Source: Candidatus Latescibacterota bacterium (lineage in GTDB: Bacteria; Latescibacterota; UBA2968; GCA-2709665). From it: DNA of 64,000 nucleotides. Under the pieces are notes generated by a model. It searched no databases. It was not told where the DNA came from and was given only the letters and a program-made list of their open reading frames with translations. Below, piece after piece: positions 36,528 to 45,928 of the stretch. Location of the stretch: assembly GCA_965205485.1 (NCBI GenBank), contig OZ242180.1, forward strand, positions 4,256,001 through 4,320,000. The letters run 5' to 3'. Every line of letters starts with the position of its first letter. Positions within the stretch are counted from its first letter, which is position 1. The position numbers were made by a program, and so were the translations under genes.

Positions 36528-37358
36528 TTAGGGCCAGCGGGTTTCAAATGCATCGCCGCCTTCTCCGTAGACCAGGTCGCCGTATGCCTTCCAGGCCGAC
36601 ATCTCTTCGGGAGCCGGTTCGCGTGGCTCCAACAGCACCGTCAGGTTCTCACGCAAATGGCTCTCCGTGGTCGGCGCGGTCAATGCCAGAGCGACGGCCG
36701 GGTGTTGCAGCACGAACCGGTAGCAATCCGCTGCCGAGGGGACCTGTCCCGGCCAGTCGGCATGCCCCTCGAGCAACGACCCCCAGCGCGTACAGGTGAA
36801 CGCGACCACCGGAACGCCCGCGTCGATGGCGGCGGGAAGCACCTCGTCTTCCGACTTCCGGTGCGCCATATTGTACCGGTGCATCAGCACCTGGATCCGT
36901 CCGCTTTCGATAAGGGACAGCGAAAGCGGACGGCTGTGCGCGGTTGCGCCGACGTAGCGGACCCTGCCTTCGTCCTTCCATTTTCGGATTTCATCGACCG
37001 CCCCGCCCTTTCCCAGTACGTCGTCCGGATCATCCGCGGGCGACACGTATTCGGCAAAAAACAGGTCGATCGCATCCACGTCCAGCGTCTCGCATACAGC
37101 GTCCAGATAGTCCCGCATGCGGGACGGATCGCGGGACTCCGTCCCCGTGGCGACGAATACCTCGTCCCGACGCCGACGCAGCAGCCGTTTCACGCCGTCC
37201 ACCATTCCGTCAACGTCCAGGCCGTAAAAGAAGAAGAAATTCGCCCCGGCCCCGCGAGCGATGGATGCGAACCCGCTTTGCGAGTCGGGCGCGCCCGCAA
37301 GGCCCAGCGGCCGGACGGGTTCTCCAGCCAGGGTCTTCAGGTCATTGGAATCGGTCAT
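36528..37358 (-). CDS. Aldo/keto reductase-like protein (degenerate tetrad)
   Basis: EGRVRYVGATAHSR, MHRYNMAHR, CYRFVLQHPAV; canonical D/K/H not evident. Confidence 0.78.
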   Translation of the reverse strand: MTDSNDLKTLAGEPVRPLGLAGAPDSQSGFASIARGAGANFFFFYGLDVDGMVDGVKRLLRRRRDEVFVATGTESRDPSRMRDYLDAVCETLDVDAIDLFFAEYVSPADDPDDVLGKGGAVDEIRKWKDEGRVRYVGATAHSRPLSLSLIESGRIQVLMHRYNMAHRKSEDEVLPAAIDAGVPVVAFTCTRWGSLLEGHADWPGQVPSAADCYRFVLQHPAVALALTAPTTESHLRENLTVLLEPREPAPEEMSAWKAYGDLVYGEGGDAFETRWP

Positions 37359-37379
37359 GAACTGCCCGGAGCAACAGTT

Positions 37380-38453
37380 TCAGGAAGGGATTGCGACCCG
37401 GCGGCCGGTTTCGCTGGACGCGTACGCAGCGTCGATTGTCCTGGCGACCCGGAGCGCGTCTTCGCCGGTTGCAGGCGGCTCGCCGTTTCCGTTCACGGCA
37501 TGGAAAAACCGTTCCAGAAACGCAAGACCGAACGCGCCCCCGTAACAGTCCAGCTCGGGCAACGCGTAATGAAACGAGCGCACGGGCGAGGCCCGCCAGC
37601 CCCCGGTCGCGCTCTCGGCGTGCAACACCGGCGGGCGGTCGACAGGATTCCAGTACACCCTTCCCTCGGTACCCCGAAAGCCCACGAAGGTGTCGTACGT
37701 GGCCCCGGAATAACCCGGGATGCTCATCGCAAGCTGATACCCGGCGTGCAGGCTGCCTATGGCGCCCCTTCCGAACCTGAACGCAAGTGACGCCACGTCT
37801 TCCACGTCGATGTCTTCACCGCTCAGGGTATCGGCAATCGCGGCCACCTCCGCCACATCGTCATCCAGGACGTAACGCAGCAGATCGATATAGTGGCATC
37901 CAAGCCAGGAGAGAATCCCGCCGCCCGCTTTCCGTCTGTCGAACAGCCAGTGACCGGGATTCCTGAATCTGACCTGCGACGTAATCATCCTGGCCTCACA
38001 CCCGGTGACCCGCCCGATGACGCCATCCGCCACCAGACGGCGCGCCTCCCTGGCAACGGGATGGTATCGGTTCTGATACATCACCCCCAGTTTCACACCC
38101 TGCTTCGACGCTGCGCCGACGATTCGGGACAACTCTTCCGTAGAGTTGGAAACCGGCTTCTCGCTGATCACGTGGATGCCCTTCCCGATCAGCCTGAGGC
38201 AGAGCGCTCCGTTCAGGTGATTCTGGAAGTCCGCGATGCCCACCTCGAAAGATTCGCCATCGAGCAGCTCATCGAGGTCGTCGTAACCACCCTGAACCTT
38301 GGTTCCCATTTCTTCCCAGACATCCGCGACAACCCGGGCGTCGTCGTCAAACAGGAGGATGCCATTCACCATATCGGACAACTGCAGCGTCTTCAGGTGC
38401 CCGATGGCATGCGGGTGCGTCAACCCGAACAGTGCGACTCGAATTCCGTCCAT
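37380..38453 (-). CDS. Gfo/Idh/MocA-family oxidoreductase
   Basis: HVISEKP, YQNRYHP, GGGILSWLGCHYIDLL, VEDVA. Confidence 0.92.
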   Translation of the reverse strand: MDGIRVALFGLTHPHAIGHLKTLQLSDMVNGILLFDDDARVVADVWEEMGTKVQGGYDDLDELLDGESFEVGIADFQNHLNGALCLRLIGKGIHVISEKPVSNSTEELSRIVGAASKQGVKLGVMYQNRYHPVAREARRLVADGVIGRVTGCEARMITSQVRFRNPGHWLFDRRKAGGGILSWLGCHYIDLLRYVLDDDVAEVAAIADTLSGEDIDVEDVASLAFRFGRGAIGSLHAGYQLAMSIPGYSGATYDTFVGFRGTEGRVYWNPVDRPPVLHAESATGGWRASPVRSFHYALPELDCYGGAFGLAFLERFFHAVNGNGEPPATGEDALRVARTIDAAYASSETGRRVAIPS

Positions 38454-38517
38454 ATCTCCTGTTTCTCCTCCCGCGCGTCGGTTCGCGGCCAGGCCGGAAC
38501 CTCGATCGGTCGATCCC

Positions 38518-40134
38518 CTACCCGCGAGGCAGTTTCACACGGTCCAGTATCCGCTGGAAATTCCCGCCCAGGACTTTCTTCTTCGCCGCCAGCGGCAACT
38601 GCGCCCAGACCACCCAGCCGAGTTGCTGCCGGGGGTCTCTCATCGGCGCATCCGTGCCGAACAGCACGTGGTCCTCGTCCGTTGCCGCAACCAGAAACTC
38701 CACCACGCGATTCGTGACGGGGGTGAGGGTAATCTCGGCATACACGTTCGGGTGATCCCGGATGCACGCGGCCACTTCTTCCGCGAACGGATAGCTGCCC
38801 CCCGCATGCGCGATCAGCCAGCTCACGTCGGGGAACCTGTCGGCCAGCCGTCCAATGCCGGCCACCCCGCCCGTGTGACCGGCCACGTGCATCAACGCGT
38901 AGAGGTTGTGCGCGTTTCCGAACTCCCACCACGGTGTGAATCCGTCGTGTTCGTAGTTCAGGTTCATCCGCACGTAAGGCTTCATTCCCACGAATCTCTG
39001 GTCGATATACCGCAGTCGTATCTCCGCCGCGATCTCCGCCGGGGTCATGTGGGTGGGATCGATAACCGCAACGCCGATCACCCGGTCGCCGAATTTCCGC
39101 ATGGCGCGCCTGACGATCTCGTTTCCGTCCTGTGCATCCACGCAAACCGGCGCGTTCCAGCTCATCATGGCTGTCCGGTCGATGCCGCAAAGCGCGTTCA
39201 GGGCCACCATGTGTTTAGCGTCGCCATCGTACATGAGATAGTTCACGCCCGCCGTCTGGCCGCCTTCGTGCAAGACGTGGGAGTGCGCGTCCAGTACCGG
39301 AACGGAGAGCGGCCGTCCCGCCCTGGCCTCGGCCATGATTCCGTCCGCCTTGCCCGAGGGCGGCGCCGGTTCCACCGGCCCCTGTCCCTTCAGCAGCCGT
39401 TTCAGATTCCCACCTGCAATCCGGCGCCTGGATATTTCGGGAATCTGGGCGTAGTCCACGTAAAAACGCGCCGCGCCCGGTGATTTTTCGGTGCCTCCGG
39501 TTCCGAAAAGCAGGCGTTCGTCTCCGAAGTCGGCCACGTACCTTTCGATACCCCGGTTGATCTGGTAGGAAGAGAATTCCAGGTGCAGGTTTTCGTGCCG
39601 TTGCATGAGGGCGTAGACGTGGCGCTGCTGGCTCCATACGTGGTCCGTCAGCAGTACCGGCAAGCGCGGGTACCGGGACAGCAACTCGTGGAAGAACCCG
39701 AAGATATCGGGCATTCCCCATCCCACTTCCAACAGCGTCAGGATGCCATGATGCTGCAGCGCCTCGAACGTGGGACCGACGATTTCCGGATGCATGGAAA
39801 ACCCGCCCGGCACCAGGCGCACGGCGCGGACGTCCTCCTCATCCATCGCCGCGATCAGCGCGTCGCCGTCGACAAAGAAACCGGGGTCACCCAGCGGGAC
39901 GATACACCACAGCGGGAACAGTCGCTCAGGCGCCCTCGCCCTTTCCTCCCGCAGTCGTCGATTTCCGTATACGGGATCATAACTCCGGGCTACGCCGTGC
40001 GTGACCAGCGCGCCGGATATCTCGGCCAGGTCCATGTCCTCGAGAAGGTGTTCCGTAGACCAGCGCACCCGCGGATGTTTCATGGGCCGCTGCCCAAGGG
40101 TCGCGTGACAATCAAAATAAAGCAGATCCGACAT
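38518..40134 (-). CDS. Tandem amidohydrolase (two TIM-barrel domains)
   Basis: Domain 1 FDCHATLG..LLFGTG; domain 2 LDAHSH..IAHAG..LFGTDAP..GGN. Confidence 0.82.
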   Translation of the reverse strand: MSDLLYFDCHATLGQRPMKHPRVRWSTEHLLEDMDLAEISGALVTHGVARSYDPVYGNRRLREERARAPERLFPLWCIVPLGDPGFFVDGDALIAAMDEEDVRAVRLVPGGFSMHPEIVGPTFEALQHHGILTLLEVGWGMPDIFGFFHELLSRYPRLPVLLTDHVWSQQRHVYALMQRHENLHLEFSSYQINRGIERYVADFGDERLLFGTGGTEKSPGAARFYVDYAQIPEISRRRIAGGNLKRLLKGQGPVEPAPPSGKADGIMAEARAGRPLSVPVLDAHSHVLHEGGQTAGVNYLMYDGDAKHMVALNALCGIDRTAMMSWNAPVCVDAQDGNEIVRRAMRKFGDRVIGVAVIDPTHMTPAEIAAEIRLRYIDQRFVGMKPYVRMNLNYEHDGFTPWWEFGNAHNLYALMHVAGHTGGVAGIGRLADRFPDVSWLIAHAGGSYPFAEEVAACIRDHPNVYAEITLTPVTNRVVEFLVAATDEDHVLFGTDAPMRDPRQQLGWVVWAQLPLAAKKKVLGGNFQRILDRVKLPRG

Positions 40135-40203
40135 GTCCTTAAACCTCCTGGCAAGTCCCTGCGCGTGCGCCATCCGGCATCTCCTGGACAGGGACGCCGT
40201 CTC

Positions 40204-41022
40204 TCACGGACAATGCGAGCCGAACTCTTTGTACTGCCTGACCGGCTGTTCGTGGTACTCCCTGACCAGGCGTTCCAGGCGCTCTACGGCCAGGTTGAAG
40301 ACCTTCTCACCCTTTTCGCGGCTGGCCACGCTCGAACTGCCCATCGTGCCGGTGATGTCGCGGGTATCCCTTCGGCGCTCGGAGAATCCGCCGAAGTGCC
40401 GCAGATCCTCGCTGAACGGATTCGGAAAAATATCGTCGTTCATCAGGGGTTTCGCGATGAGGTGCTCCCGCAGATACAGCATGACCGACGTCTCCCATTC
40501 CCCGCCGTGACCCACGCTCCCGTTGTCCGCATCGCTCCACGCCAGCATTTCGTCTGCGACGGACTGCCACCAGCTGTATGCCACCACGAACACGTTTTCT
40601 TCTGCGATGGTGTCCCGTACCACGTGGTTGGGCGCCATATTGCCCCCGTGCCCGTTCACCATCACGATGCGTTTGAAGCCATTGTCACAGATGCTCCTGC
40701 ACACGTCTCCGACCAGGTTCAGGTAGGTCTCGATCCGCAGGCTGATCGTGCCGGCAAACCCCTTGTTGTAGTGCGTAAATCCGGACCATATCGGCGGCGC
40801 GACGATTACGGGAAAGTCATCCACCCGCTGCGCCACCCGCACCGCCATATAGAACGGGCCCGCAATATCCACGTCCATCGGGCAGTGCGGGCCGTGCTGT
40901 TCCACCGAACCGGTGGGCAGAATCACCACGGGATCGTGTTTCAGAGCGGCTTCGAACTCGTGCCGCCACATCTCCTGCCAGAGGACCTTCTTGTTCGAGC
41001 CGTCGTACGACACCTTGTACAT
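40204..41022 (-). CDS. Creatininase family protein
   Basis: PTGSVEQHGPHCPMDVD, NGHGGN, HGGEWETS. Confidence 0.93.
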   Translation of the reverse strand: MYKVSYDGSNKKVLWQEMWRHEFEAALKHDPVVILPTGSVEQHGPHCPMDVDIAGPFYMAVRVAQRVDDFPVIVAPPIWSGFTHYNKGFAGTISLRIETYLNLVGDVCRSICDNGFKRIVMVNGHGGNMAPNHVVRDTIAEENVFVVAYSWWQSVADEMLAWSDADNGSVGHGGEWETSVMLYLREHLIAKPLMNDDIFPNPFSEDLRHFGGFSERRRDTRDITGTMGSSSVASREKGEKVFNLAVERLERLVREYHEQPVRQYKEFGSHCP

Positions 41023-41046
41023 GAACGCCTCCCGTGTGTCCGCCCG

Positions 41047-41865
41047 TCAGTCGAACGGCCAGAGCCTGAGTACGGTCCTGCCCAGAATCCATTCCCGGTC
41101 CGGGTCGCTCAGAAACGCGAACTCTCTTCTTACCAGATCCAGCGCGCCGGTATAGCCGCATTTCCGTTCGACGAGCGGCCAGTCGGTGCCCCACATGAGC
41201 CGGTCCGGCCCGAATGCGTCGTAAACCTGTTTCACAACCGCGTGGGTGTCACGGTACGGATAGGGTTCGCGCGACACAGCCCAGGTGCCCGATATTTTCA
41301 CGTACACCTCCGGATAACGGGCGAGTCGCAGCAAATCCGCGGCGCCATCCGGCCGGTTGACCGGCGGCCAAGCCATGTGATCCACGCAGACCTGTACGTC
41401 TTGGTATCTCTGAATCCAGTGTTCCAGGTCCGGCAGCCGCTCCTGCGCCGTCAGGATGCACATGGGCACCTTCAATTCGCGCGTTCGCCGCCACAGCGCA
41501 TCCAGACCGGGGCTCGTGAACCAGTCGCCTTCCGGCCCCGCGCCCGGGCTCAACCGCACGCCCCTGAAACCGTAATCTTCAACCCACCGGCTCAGATCGT
41601 CGGACGCGGCCGGACTCTCCGGGTCCACCCGGCAGACGCCTTCGAAGCGGTCCGGGTATTTCTTCAGACAATCGCCCGCGTACCGGTTGTCCCACTTGTA
41701 GTGAATCACCTGTACCAGTACGGTCTTCTCCGTACCGTGACGCGCCATCTGATCGAGCAACTGCTCGCACGGCGCGTCTTCCGCGGGCGGATTCGGATTG
41801 TCCGGGGCCCAGGGGTAAGCCGGGTCGTTCACCCAGACGTGAACGTGAGGATCGATTATACGCAT
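41047..41865 (-). CDS. Amidohydrolase (amidohydro_2) family protein
   Basis: IIDPHVHVW, VDHMA, VKISG, LMWGTDWP. Confidence 0.92.
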   Translation of the reverse strand: MRIIDPHVHVWVNDPAYPWAPDNPNPPAEDAPCEQLLDQMARHGTEKTVLVQVIHYKWDNRYAGDCLKKYPDRFEGVCRVDPESPAASDDLSRWVEDYGFRGVRLSPGAGPEGDWFTSPGLDALWRRTRELKVPMCILTAQERLPDLEHWIQRYQDVQVCVDHMAWPPVNRPDGAADLLRLARYPEVYVKISGTWAVSREPYPYRDTHAVVKQVYDAFGPDRLMWGTDWPLVERKCGYTGALDLVRREFAFLSDPDREWILGRTVLRLWPFD

Positions 41866-41944
41866 AAGTTATTTGATTTGGACGAAATGCCGTGGCTTTC
41901 AGATCGTATAGCCGTCGCTTACGTCGGATAAGATAACTGCCCGC

Positions 41945-42142
41945 TTAAACCTTCAGGTCACTTCCGGCACTCCTCAGTATCGCATTTGCCGTATGTCGGC
42001 TTTTAAGGTTATACGGCACCAACAGAATCCGTCCAGTCTCGATGCACTTCCACTTCTCGTGCGAACCTTTTGCGTTTCTCCAATACTCAAAACCAAGTTT
42101 GGTAATTTCTCTCGTAACAATGTTGTAATATGCACTTGCCAA
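41945..42142 (-). CDS. HicA-family mRNA interferase toxin
   Basis: 65 aa basic; LGFEYWRNAKGSHEKW, VP..LKSRHTANAILRSAG; TTG start. Confidence 0.78.
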   Translation of the reverse strand: MASAYYNIVTREITKLGFEYWRNAKGSHEKWKCIETGRILLVPYNLKSRHTANAILRSAGSDLKV

Positions 42143-42143
42143 A

Positions 42144-42395
42144 TTACGTTAACATCCCTTCCGTTTCGGATCTCTGCCACAGGATGGCAGGAATAAGATC
42201 CTTCAACGGATGTTCGGCGATTTCTGACAAGCTTCGATGGTTGGCTATTATCAACTCCGGCGCCTCCTCGATAATGATTGCTTCAAATTCATCGAGACTG
42301 GAAGCCTCGATGTGCAGGCCCTCAATATCGCTTTGAGAATAGAAGACCTGCGCCTCATCGTCCCAGATGGCCCTCACGTTAAATGTCCGTTTCAT
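42144..42395 (-). CDS. DUF1902 (HicB-like) putative antitoxin
   Basis: VRAIWDDEAQVFYSQSDIEGLHIEASSLDEF..PELI; AAGGAGG RBS. Confidence 0.8.
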   Translation of the reverse strand: MKRTFNVRAIWDDEAQVFYSQSDIEGLHIEASSLDEFEAIIIEEAPELIIANHRSLSEIAEHPLKDLIPAILWQRSETEGMLT

Positions 42396-42426
42396 CGTGC
42401 ATACCTCCTTGGTTCGCAGCCAGTCG

Positions 42427-43503
42427 TCATCCCTGCGCCAGATCCTCTGCAAGCGAGCAGACCGCGCGGGTGGCTTCATCGACGTCGTCCCGGCTGATGC
42501 CGAGGTACGGGATGGCGCGAATCGCGGTGGGCCCCGGCGTGCTCACCCGGACACCCCAGCCGGCAAGCAGGCGGCTCGCGAACTCCTTTGAACTCGCCCC
42601 CGTCCCGCCCACGTCGAATTTCACCATATTGGTCTCGACCTCGTCCGGGTTCACCTGAACGCCCGGCGCGTCCGATATGCCCACGGCCAGCCTCCTGGCG
42701 TTGGCGTGATCCTCCGCCAGCCGGTCGATATTGTGTTTCAACGCGTAGATCCCCGCGGCCGCGACAAAGCCGGCCTGGCGCATGGCGCCGCCGATCCTCT
42801 GCTTCCATTGCCAGGCGGCTTCGATAAACCCGGTCGAGCCGGCCAGCACGCCCCCGATCGGCGCGCCCAGACCCTTGCTGAGATCGATCCAGAGAGAGTC
42901 GAACGTTTCCGCGTATTCCCCCGCCGAAATTCCCGACGCGACAACCGCGTTGAACAGACGGGCGCCGTCCATGTGCGTCTGCAGGTCTCGCTCGTGCGCC
43001 GCATCGCAGACCGCGCGCATCTGCTCAAGAGCCCAGACGCGCCCGCCCGGCCGGTTCGTGGTCTGCTCCACGGCCACGAGGCGAAAGCCGGGCCAGTAGC
43101 GGGTCGCGGGATGAACTTCCTCCGCCACGTGTTCCGCAGTAAACTGCCCCTTGTCCCCGTCGACCGGATACAGAGTAGCGCTGGAGAGCACGGCCGCGCC
43201 GCCGGCTTCGGAATGGAGCGGGTGGGCGTTCCTTTCCAGCAGAACCATATCGCCCGGGCGGCAATGCACCGCAAAGGCAATCTGGTTGCACATCGTGCCT
43301 GAGGGCAGCAGCAATGCGGCTTCTTTGCCCAGCATTCCGGCCACCGTCTCCTGCAGTTCGTTCACGGACGGATCTTCCCCGCGCTGCTCATCGCCGACTT
43401 CCGCCGTGCACATGAACTCGCGCATTTCACGGGTCGGTTTGGTTGCCGTATCGCTGTACAGATCGATTCTCAACAGGGAACTGTCGACAGGTTCCGGATA
43501 CAC
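42427..43503 (-). CDS. ltaE: Low-specificity L-threonine aldolase family
   Basis: DLYSDT.T.PT, GEDPSV, PSGTMCNQ, HMDGARLFNA, LSKGLGAPIG, GGAMRQAG. Confidence 0.9.
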   Translation of the reverse strand: MYPEPVDSSLLRIDLYSDTATKPTREMREFMCTAEVGDEQRGEDPSVNELQETVAGMLGKEAALLLPSGTMCNQIAFAVHCRPGDMVLLERNAHPLHSEAGGAAVLSSATLYPVDGDKGQFTAEHVAEEVHPATRYWPGFRLVAVEQTTNRPGGRVWALEQMRAVCDAAHERDLQTHMDGARLFNAVVASGISAGEYAETFDSLWIDLSKGLGAPIGGVLAGSTGFIEAAWQWKQRIGGAMRQAGFVAAAGIYALKHNIDRLAEDHANARRLAVGISDAPGVQVNPDEVETNMVKFDVGGTGASSKEFASRLLAGWGVRVSTPGPTAIRAIPYLGISRDDVDEATRAVCSLAEDLAQG

Positions 43504-43679
43504 TTTAGTCTCCTTATGTGCTGCGGTTATGGCGGGTGGGAATGCGGCGACCGGATCAGCCGGAGGCAGGATTCAGCGGATTGACGCTGGGCGGCAGGCT
43601 CGCGCGGACCGGAACGAATCAATCGGGATTCGCCACGTTCCCGCATCTTCAGATCGGGCAGAAAATGGAATGGAAGGGT

Positions 43680-44642
43680 TCAACCTCGATTGGGGCCGCT
43701 GTCTTTCCGGAACAGACCCAGGAACCGGTCTTCATAGAGCCCGTAGAGGTTCCATCGGTCCAGTTCCCGCTTCAACAGTGCCGCTTTCTCCTTGGACGTG
43801 TCGTGCTCGACCTCTCCAAACAGGCGTTCGATCCGTTCCATGACGACCTGAGGCACCTGTTCCTCGTCCACTTCCTCGAGTTCGATTTCGTCCTCGTTCT
43901 CGTGTTCCATGGTGGAGAAGGTGGTGCGGATCTTCTCTTCTATCTGGGACATGGTATCGTCCATGCGTTCCACCGCCTGGTCGATTTCCTCCATGTTCAC
44001 GTCCAGGTCCAGCATCTTCGCCCAGACGCGGACGATCTCGCGGGACGCCTTCGGATTCGGCATCATCTGGGCGTACATCGGCATTGTTGCCAACAGGCAT
44101 GCCGCCCGGATATTTCGAAGCCCCGCAGACCCCAGCAACAGTCCGTTCAGACCGGCGATGTGTCCTTCCTGCAGGATCTCCACGCCGTACTTCTCAAGCG
44201 CATCGCGCAGTGCCTCCTGGTTGGCCGCGCCGAGAACCTGAACGCGTTCGTTGTGGCTGATGGGCATTGCGTATGCCGCGCCGGTATAGATGGTTTCCAC
44301 CTTGAATCGCTGCGCCAGGTCGAGCATATGGCCCATGAGGACCGTGCCTCCCATGCCCGGTATCTGCGCTTCGCTTTCGGAGATGATCAACGGCGGTTCC
44401 TCGACGTAATAGAATACATGGCTGGGAAGGTCCGAAAACGAACGCGCGAGTCCCTTTTCCACAACCACCGCCTCCGGGGCGAAGTACTCGCTCATGTCAA
44501 TTTCCGCGAACGGCATCGCGTCGAGTTTCCGGCGCAGGTAGTCCAGCGCCCCAACGCCTACGCTTCCCATGCCCGGCCATGCGGCCAGCATGACCGAAGG
44601 GCGCATCCGATCCGAGATATCTCTGGTTATTCTCGCATTCAT
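43680..44642 (-). CDS. PAC2 (proteasome assembly chaperone 2) family protein
   Basis: AAWPGMGSVG, IAGLNGLLLG, ACLLATMP, PNPKAS; coiled-coil C-terminus. Confidence 0.75.
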   Translation of the reverse strand: MNARITRDISDRMRPSVMLAAWPGMGSVGVGALDYLRRKLDAMPFAEIDMSEYFAPEAVVVEKGLARSFSDLPSHVFYYVEEPPLIISESEAQIPGMGGTVLMGHMLDLAQRFKVETIYTGAAYAMPISHNERVQVLGAANQEALRDALEKYGVEILQEGHIAGLNGLLLGSAGLRNIRAACLLATMPMYAQMMPNPKASREIVRVWAKMLDLDVNMEEIDQAVERMDDTMSQIEEKIRTTFSTMEHENEDEIELEEVDEEQVPQVVMERIERLFGEVEHDTSKEKAALLKRELDRWNLYGLYEDRFLGLFRKDSGPNRG

Positions 44643-44801
44643 CCTGATTCCACCTCCGGTATCGGATCCCGATGCCGCATGTACAGGCCGGAAACCGACG
44701 CAGTCCGGTTAACACCCGATCAACTCACGATAATATAAGACAATCCCCGCTGGATGTCCAAAGCATCCGTATTTGGACGGTCGGCTCACTTCGGATTGCC
44801 G

Positions 44802-45884
44802 CTATACATAGCCCTCGAGTGGATGGCTCCGGTCGGACATCGGAAACGCCACGCGACTGCCCGAGATCTGCGACGCATAGGCTCCCAGCACCATTTCCAG
44901 TGCCTTGACCGCATCCATGCCGCTGGAGAGGGGCTCCCGGTCGTGCTCGATCGCATCGATCAGGTCCAGAACCGCCAACCGGTTTCCGTCGGTGAATGGA
45001 GCGGTTTCCAGATCCAGCACGTTCCAGACCCGGGATTCGTCCTCCGGAAGCCATACGCTGTACGGATAAGCGGCAATCAGGGTTGGCGCCCCGCCTCGCA
45101 TCATAAATCTTCCGTCCCGCCCGACCAGTTCCAGGCCGAAACACTGCCCGTTGCCGGGCTGATTCGCCCGGGACACAAAAGACCCCCCGGCGCCGTTCTC
45201 AAACGCGAAAAAACTGTGAATACAGTCACCGGCGATCAGGCCAACCGGCTCCGCCGCCTCGCGGGCATCCCCAGGCTGCAACTCACGCTCATTCTCCATG
45301 ACCCGGGCGCTCATCCAGGCCACGTCGCCGGCCATGAACCGCATCAGATTGAACAGATGCGTACCCAGGACGATCATGTCCTCGCCGCCGCCGCGATGGT
45401 CCTGCTTGCCGGTTGCATTTATCGCCTGCAGCGGACCGATGTCCCCCGCGTCCAGCATGCGCTTTGCGGCCTGAACCTGAGGCAGATAGACGCCCTGGTG
45501 CGCCACGGCCAGTTTGACGCCCGCCCGTTCCGCCGCGTCCACCATGCGGTCCGCCGATTCCAGGCTGTGGGCCATTGGTTTCTCGCAGTAGACGTGGCAG
45601 CCCGCTTCCACGCACGCCAGTACCATCTCTTCATGACAATCCACCCAGCGGGGACCCACGGTTACAATCTCCAGCGCTTCCTTTTCCAGCATCTCCCGGT
45701 AGTCACCGTAGGTCCGTTCCGCGCCGACCGCGTCGGCGACTTCACGCCGCCCCCGCGGGTCCGGATCCGCCACGGCCACCAGATCCACCGCATCCGCCGC
45801 CGCCAGTCCCAGATGAAGGCCGTGTCCGTAATTGCCGCGGCCGGTCCGGCCGATCGCGCCGCCTCTGTAACGTCTTTCTGACAT
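44802..45884 (-). CDS. Gfo/Idh/MocA-family oxidoreductase
   Basis: VAVADPD, HVYCEKPMA, LGTHLFNLM. Confidence 0.9.
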   Translation of the reverse strand: MSERRYRGGAIGRTGRGNYGHGLHLGLAAADAVDLVAVADPDPRGRREVADAVGAERTYGDYREMLEKEALEIVTVGPRWVDCHEEMVLACVEAGCHVYCEKPMAHSLESADRMVDAAERAGVKLAVAHQGVYLPQVQAAKRMLDAGDIGPLQAINATGKQDHRGGGEDMIVLGTHLFNLMRFMAGDVAWMSARVMENERELQPGDAREAAEPVGLIAGDCIHSFFAFENGAGGSFVSRANQPGNGQCFGLELVGRDGRFMMRGGAPTLIAAYPYSVWLPEDESRVWNVLDLETAPFTDGNRLAVLDLIDAIEHDREPLSSGMDAVKALEMVLGAYASQISGSRVAFPMSDRSHPLEGYV

Positions 45885-45928
45885 ATGCAATTCTCCAATC
45901 GCTTTCCGGTCCCTTGAGCGCGAGACGT

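Noticed and set aside
39583..41931. Very long + strand ORFs (782 aa here; also 50479-52737, 53847-55433, 45575-46963)
   Set aside because: Antisense shadows of well-supported minus-strand genes in high-GC DNA; Arg/Pro/His-rich with no motifs.
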